Shown here one piece after another: positions 36,647 to 41,342 of a DNA stretch of 41,342 nt. Position numbers and translations under genes: made by a program. Position 1 is the stretch's first letter. Every line of letters starts with the position of its first letter. A model generated the notes under the pieces. That model was not told the DNA's origin. It ran no database searches and was given only the letters and a program-made list of their open reading frames with translations. The DNA is from Escherichia coli. Lineage in GTDB: Bacteria; Pseudomonadota; Gammaproteobacteria; Enterobacterales; Enterobacteriaceae. The stretch lies in NCBI GenBank assembly GCA_026712295.1, contig GCA_026712295.1_4694.1, one strand, 5' to 3'.

Positions 36647-38926
36647 TTAGTCTTTACCAGTCAGCGTATCCAGAATACCTTTGCCACTCACGCTATCGTA
36701 CATGCTGCCAGAGCGCTTAGGCTTCTTAGCTTCACGTTCACGCTTGCGGTTCATAGCTCGTGTATGTAGGGTTCGCTTGTTGGCATCTTTGAGTGCCTTA
36801 TTACGGGCTTCCTCATCCAGCTTCGCTTGGTTCTCTTGATACATCTTAGAGAGCAACTGCTTGTCATACCGAATGTTTACCTGTCCGGTCGTGTCCATCA
36901 GGTAGATAGAGTCACCACGCTCGAACACAGTGAGTTGCTTGTTAGTAACCCAAGGGTTAGTCTCAGCGAGTTTCTTAGCGGCTGTGTCGATAATGTCCTT
37001 ACCTTGTTTCCAAGAGTCCGGGTCATCAGTCACACGCAAAGAGTTTCTCGTCAAGACACCAATGGTATCACCATCAACGTCATCAGCAGTGAGAGTCGTT
37101 GTGTTCTCTTTGAGATACTTATCGACCTGTTGCATTGCCAAATCAGCATTACCTGTGCGGTACTTAACGGAGTCATAAATCTTACGAGCACCTGCATCCA
37201 ATGTAGCTGGCATACGGGACAGTTCAGGAGACTCGGAGTTGTTCTTCAGGGAAGTCCACGCCTTGTCATCCTCGTACTGCATCTCTTTGGTAAGAGACTT
37301 ACGAGCCTTATCCGCATCTAAGAGAATCTGCGGGTCAATCCCTTGGTTGTCCATCATGTCCATAGTGAGGAACATCTCGGCTTTATCAGGATAGAGTGCA
37401 GCGAATAACTCAGGGTCAGCATTACGAACACGTCGCAGGGCATTAAGAGCCACACCACCATCTTCTGGCATCTTCCCGTTAATCACAGCGGACGTCCATT
37501 CCTTCTCAGCGTCACCAATCAGTTCACCAACCGCAGTACGGAAAGCGCCCTTCTCGGAGTCAGCCTTGAGGTAGTCCAACTTCATGCGGTCCTTCTGTGC
37601 ATCAGGGATGTCCATAGCGTCAATGTCAGCCAGCTTCTTGTTCGCATAGTTAACCATGTCACTATGGGTGAACTCACCAGTGTTCTCGTTGGTAGGCATA
37701 TCGCCATACGCAGTAGACACATACTGACCATTGAGCCGCTTCTGGAACTGTGCGTCAATGACGTTCATCTTGTTCATCGACTTCTGTTGCTTGTCCATCT
37801 GCTTGGCTAACTCAGCGGTCTCCAGCTTCATCCTGTCCTGCATCTGCGTCTGTGCATTGATTAACGCCTGACGTTCAGGTGTCATCTCTTCGCCCGGTTG
37901 CAGTGTGTCCAGTTCAGCTTTTATGGATTGCAACTGTTCCCAGCCAGTGTTCACGTTCTCTTGGTTCAACGCAGAGTTCACATTAAGTTGGAACGCCTCG
38001 GTCTTCTTAGCATTCAACTGGAACTCATTATGTTGAGCCTTAACCATCAGATTGTTCCACTGTTCGGCACCCATCAGTTCCTTGAAGGTAGTCTCCTTGC
38101 CATGCAGTTTTACCTTTCGGTTCTCAATCTGTTGCAGGAACTGACCACCGCCCTCACGGTTAACCACGTCAGAGAGACCTTGGCTAATCATTGTGAACGC
38201 TTGGTCATCACTAGGGATACTTCCTGTAGTCAATCCGGCACTGAAGTAGTTCTCAAAGAACTCACCAGCATGCGGAGAGCGCAGGGTTTCCGGGTCGTTC
38301 AACACGGAGTTCAACTCTACGCGACTGTTGATGACAGCACCCTTCTTAGCTTGGTCACTCAGGAAGTTATCATGAGCGCCATAGAGAGCAATGTTACGCT
38401 CGGTGATGTCAGAGTTGAATCCCTTCTGGTAGTGCTCATCGGTCTCGTCGATACCAAACTGTTCAGCATAATTCTTAGCGGATTCCTGTAGGCGACTATG
38501 ACGAAACTCTTCCATCTCTTGACGGGTTCGGAACTCACCGTTCTTAACCTTCTGTGCTACCTCGTCATCAACGAGATACGCAGCGTTACGACCAGTCTTC
38601 ACCTTAAGTGCTTCCATTGCGTATGGGTCGTCCTGATATAACAGGGTTCCATTCTTAATGGCCTCTCGGCGTTGTTCAGGAGTCAGCTTACGAATAATCT
38701 CGTTTGAGCGTTCGTCTGCCTTGTCCTTCTGGTGCTGGTCATACTTCATATAGGCATCCGCACCCATCTCAGCAAGTTTACCCACAGTCCCAATCAGTGC
38801 GGACTTCTTGGCATACTTAGGGTCTTCATAGACTGCTGCGGCCTTAACTTCCATACGACCAGTGCCACGCAGACGACTGGTAGTCGGAGCATTCATGCTA
38901 CCCAATGCTTGAGCTAACTTACTCAT
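36647..38926 (-). CDS. 15: Internal virion protein C gp15, 759 aa
   Basis: Position, size (T7 747 aa) and AAGGAGG RBS. Confidence 0.85.
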   Translation of the reverse strand: MSKLAQALGSMNAPTTSRLRGTGRMEVKAAAVYEDPKYAKKSALIGTVGKLAEMGADAYMKYDQHQKDKADERSNEIIRKLTPEQRREAIKNGTLLYQDDPYAMEALKVKTGRNAAYLVDDEVAQKVKNGEFRTRQEMEEFRHSRLQESAKNYAEQFGIDETDEHYQKGFNSDITERNIALYGAHDNFLSDQAKKGAVINSRVELNSVLNDPETLRSPHAGEFFENYFSAGLTTGSIPSDDQAFTMISQGLSDVVNREGGGQFLQQIENRKVKLHGKETTFKELMGAEQWNNLMVKAQHNEFQLNAKKTEAFQLNVNSALNQENVNTGWEQLQSIKAELDTLQPGEEMTPERQALINAQTQMQDRMKLETAELAKQMDKQQKSMNKMNVIDAQFQKRLNGQYVSTAYGDMPTNENTGEFTHSDMVNYANKKLADIDAMDIPDAQKDRMKLDYLKADSEKGAFRTAVGELIGDAEKEWTSAVINGKMPEDGGVALNALRRVRNADPELFAALYPDKAEMFLTMDMMDNQGIDPQILLDADKARKSLTKEMQYEDDKAWTSLKNNSESPELSRMPATLDAGARKIYDSVKYRTGNADLAMQQVDKYLKENTTTLTADDVDGDTIGVLTRNSLRVTDDPDSWKQGKDIIDTAAKKLAETNPWVTNKQLTVFERGDSIYLMDTTGQVNIRYDKQLLSKMYQENQAKLDEEARNKALKDANKRTLHTRAMNRKREREAKKPKRSGSMYDSVSGKGILDTLTGKD

Positions 38927-38940
38927 AAACTGTACCTCCT

Positions 38941-39546
38941 TTATTTACCTTGGCCTGTTGACTTGGCATCTGAAGCCTTGACCTTAGCAGCAGCCTTCTT
39001 ACCTAACTTATTGGTTAGAGGACTACCAGCAGTTGCAACATCAACCAGCTTCGTTAAGCCTAAGCCTAATGGGTCGATAATTTGTTCCAGCTTGCCTTTA
39101 AGCCGTGGCTCAGAGTTGTTGATTTCTTTAATCTGACTCACTGTGTTCTCGTGGTTAGCTAAACGCTTCCCTAAGATGACACTATAGTCACGTTGGTAGT
39201 TCTCAGTGAGACCTTGAGACTCTCGAAGGAAGTCACCCTCGGTAACGCGTTGTACGCGGTCCATAGAGTTACCTTCAAGCATCCCTTCACCGATTGCCGC
39301 TCGGATAGTCCCCATGTTTCTCACACGGTTCATATTCGCTTGGGTCATCTCCTGTACAGTGGAGTCAATGAGGTCACGCGATTCTAACTTGAGATTAGCA
39401 TCGTTATAATTCATCTCCTTTACCATCTGCCAACTTTGGCGACGACCTTGGTCAATCTGTGCGGCCTTTGCCTGTTCACCCTGCATACCTCCCATAATCA
39501 TGGAAGCGCCTTGCATAGCGATAGGGATTGCAGCCATCCAGCACAT
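38941..39546 (-). CDS. 14: Internal virion protein B gp14, 201 aa
   Basis: Position, size (T7 196 aa), AGGAGG RBS. Confidence 0.85.
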   Translation of the reverse strand: MCWMAAIPIAMQGASMIMGGMQGEQAKAAQIDQGRRQSWQMVKEMNYNDANLKLESRDLIDSTVQEMTQANMNRVRNMGTIRAAIGEGMLEGNSMDRVQRVTEGDFLRESQGLTENYQRDYSVILGKRLANHENTVSQIKEINNSEPRLKGKLEQIIDPLGLGLTKLVDVATAGSPLTNKLGKKAAAKVKASDAKSTGQGK

Positions 39547-39548
39547 AG

Positions 39549-39962
39549 TTAACCTCCTATTGTGAATAGTTGGAATTGATTACTGTCACCAGTAAACTCA
39601 TTATGGAACACCGCACCGATAGACTTCAAGAACCTAATGTGGGACTTGTTGCCGACCCAAACGTAGTTCCAGATAATCGGATACTGTTTGAGCATGGTAT
39701 CTCGATACTCCAGAATGAGCTTTCGGAACTCTCTTCGGGTCTTCATACTTAGTTTCCACACACGAGCGGACGTTACGAACCACACTTGGTCCCCACAGTT
39801 ACCGCCTATAGCTACTGGCATACCATGAAGTGACATAGTGACACACTCGTTAGCTGGTGGAAATGATGGTTCAATCCCGTAGGCATGTGCCTCAGCGATG
39901 TCTTCAGGTGACGGAGTGAACCTAGCAAAGTCTGATTCTTTAGTAGGTCTGATTATTAACAT
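39549..39962 (-). CDS. 13: Internal virion protein A gp13, 137 aa
   Basis: Position, size (T7 138 aa), AAGGAG RBS. Confidence 0.8.
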   Translation of the reverse strand: MLIIRPTKESDFARFTPSPEDIAEAHAYGIEPSFPPANECVTMSLHGMPVAIGGNCGDQVWFVTSARVWKLSMKTRREFRKLILEYRDTMLKQYPIIWNYVWVGNKSHIRFLKSIGAVFHNEFTGDSNQFQLFTIGG

Positions 39963-39988
39963 AGAGTTTCTCCTTTAAGTATAAACCC

Positions 39989-40011
39989 CTCCCCAATAGT
40001 GAGTCGTATTG
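39989..40011 (-). promoter_or_regulatory. T7-type promoter (phi13-like)
   Basis: Minus strand CAATACGACTCACTATTGGGGAG. Confidence 0.8.
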
Positions 40012-40038
40012 TTCACTAATTGAGTCGGGGTGTTTCAT

Positions 40039-41342
40039 TTAGATACCAGAAGAACGACGCAGGTAGTTACCCTCCCAGCCACAACCAATAACGTTCAGTG
40101 GCGTAGTATGGTCAGAGATAATACGTACTTCATTCAACTGTGCGTTGCCAGCGACCGGGAAGCGGAACTGACCAGTACCAACATTAAGCCCACCAGAGCG
40201 TAACGCATTGGAACCCAAGCGAGCACCCGCCATGTCATAGCTGAACAGTCGAGAGGTGTTCTCCACTTCTACAGTGAATGCACCAGAGTCCTCATAGTTC
40301 ACCCACGCTCGGCGTAACTGCAAGCGCCCAATACCCTCGGTAGCTGTCGAGCCATCATCAGCAGTCTTCTTGATGAGGAACTTAGAGAACACATAACGGA
40401 AGTTGATAGCCAAGCCAACGTAGATTGTCTCATCCTCACGGTTCCCACTCATTGACAACACAGGGACACCATTAGGCCAACCACCACGCGGAGGGTCGAA
40501 CCACGAGACCTGACCATCAGAGGCCACAATGTAGAACCTACCAGTCCAATATTGCATCCCATAGATGTCTACAGGCTTCACAGTGGTAGTGTAAGTGTCA
40601 TCGTTGTAGGCACCTTTAGGAATCACATACTTTATCTTGTTGTCGATGTACAGCCGATATGGTTCATCGTTGAAGTCAATGGAGTTCTTCGTAAAGTGTG
40701 CTCGGCACATCCAAGTGTGGGACTGGTTGCGCAACACAAGGTACATCGTTGAGCCGATAGAGTCACAAGCCAGAACCGTTACGTTACTTCCAAGTTCCCA
40801 ATGTGACCACGACTGTTGAGCAATCTCTTCGTTGAGGTACAGGAATTTGTACAGGAAGATTTTACTCGGAGCGTTCGCAGAGAGCACGGAGATAAAGTTC
40901 TCAGTACCGGAGCCACGAATGGAGAACACACCGTTCGGAATGTAACTTGGAACGTGAGCACTCATATCCTCAGCAGACTTCACGGAGCTAACATCCTGTA
41001 CCGCATAGTAACGGTTAAGTGACGTATAGGAAGCACGAGGTGACGCAAAGTACACACCACGCCCAACGCCAAAAGGTCTCGCTCGGTCTGACACATCGAA
41101 CTCTGTCGTGAGGTTCAACTCTACTGACTTCGGTGAGAGGATACCTTGAGCAGACAACACGAACTGTGCTTGGTCTGACCATAGGAGCAACTCTTCGGAG
41201 AACGGTACAGCGTACTTCAGGATAGAGATTCGGTTATGGGACACAGCCACGTCAATTGGGTCATCGTCGGACAGGTTAGCCACGGACGCAGGGAACAGTG
41301 AGAAATACTTTGATGTACGGGACATTACAATGTTCTCACCAG
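40039..41342 (-). CDS. 12: Tail tubular protein B (gp12), C-terminal part; N-terminal part is at 1..1234 across the circular wrap
   Basis: C-terminus GCGWEGNYLRRSSGI identical to T7 gp12; the track start at 41325 is an artefact of a t/g mismatch with the window-start copy (CTG Leu at 140-142). Confidence 0.9.
   Translation of the reverse strand, partial: GENIVMSRTSKYFSLFPASVANLSDDDPIDVAVSHNRISILKYAVPFSEELLLWSDQAQFVLSAQGILSPKSVELNLTTEFDVSDRARPFGVGRGVYFASPRASYTSLNRYYAVQDVSSVKSAEDMSAHVPSYIPNGVFSIRGSGTENFISVLSANAPSKIFLYKFLYLNEEIAQQSWSHWELGSNVTVLACDSIGSTMYLVLRNQSHTWMCRAHFTKNSIDFNDEPYRLYIDNKIKYVIPKGAYNDDTYTTTVKPVDIYGMQYWTGRFYIVASDGQVSWFDPPRGGWPNGVPVLSMSGNREDETIYVGLAINFRYVFSKFLIKKTADDGSTATEGIGRLQLRRAWVNYEDSGAFTVEVENTSRLFSYDMAGARLGSNALRSGGLNVGTGQFRFPVAGNAQLNEVRIISDHTTPLNVIGCGWEGNYLRRSSGI
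41184..41342. repeat. Window-edge overlap: 41184..41342 repeats 1..159 (circular wrap), one mismatch
   Basis: 159-nt identity except g at 142 versus t at 41325. Confidence 0.95.

Overview
This window is a complete genome of a T7-like podophage (Autographiviridae, T7/T3 group), written as the reverse complement of the conventional map, so every recognisable gene is on the minus strand. It is a circular permutation: the window starts inside tail-tubular gene 12 and its last 159 nt (41184..41342) repeat nt 1..159 with one mismatch, implying a 41,183-bp circle. Order along the window is 12-11-10-9-8-7.3-6.7-6.5-6.3-6-5.9-5.7-5.5-5-4.7-4.5-4.3-4-3.5-3-2.5-2-1.8-1.7-1.6-1.3-1.2-1.1-1-0.7-0.3, then the early sigma70 promoters, two adjacent copies of a ~214-bp terminal repeat (the physical genome ends, about 25332/25333), then 19.5-19-Rz/Rz1-18-17.5-17-16-15-14-13-12. 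Seventeen T7-type promoters (TAATACGACTCACTA-like) and eight copies of an RNase III-type hairpin family are visible. Gene 0.3 is a T3-type SAM hydrolase rather than Ocr, and the homing-endonuclease genes of T7 appear absent. Three further perfect tandem duplications of 235, 283 and 289 bp are present; two break the major capsid and tail-fibre reading frames and are more likely assembly or construction artefacts than biology. The best candidates for undescribed functions are two 185-aa ORFs with proper RBSs at non-T7 positions (18873..19430 and 28281..28838) and a 66-aa ORF bracketed by duplicated hairpins. Protein identities rest on my recollection of T7/T3 sequences, not on a database search; starts were refined from the ORF track to internal ATGs with Shine-Dalgarno motifs where T7 homology indicated.
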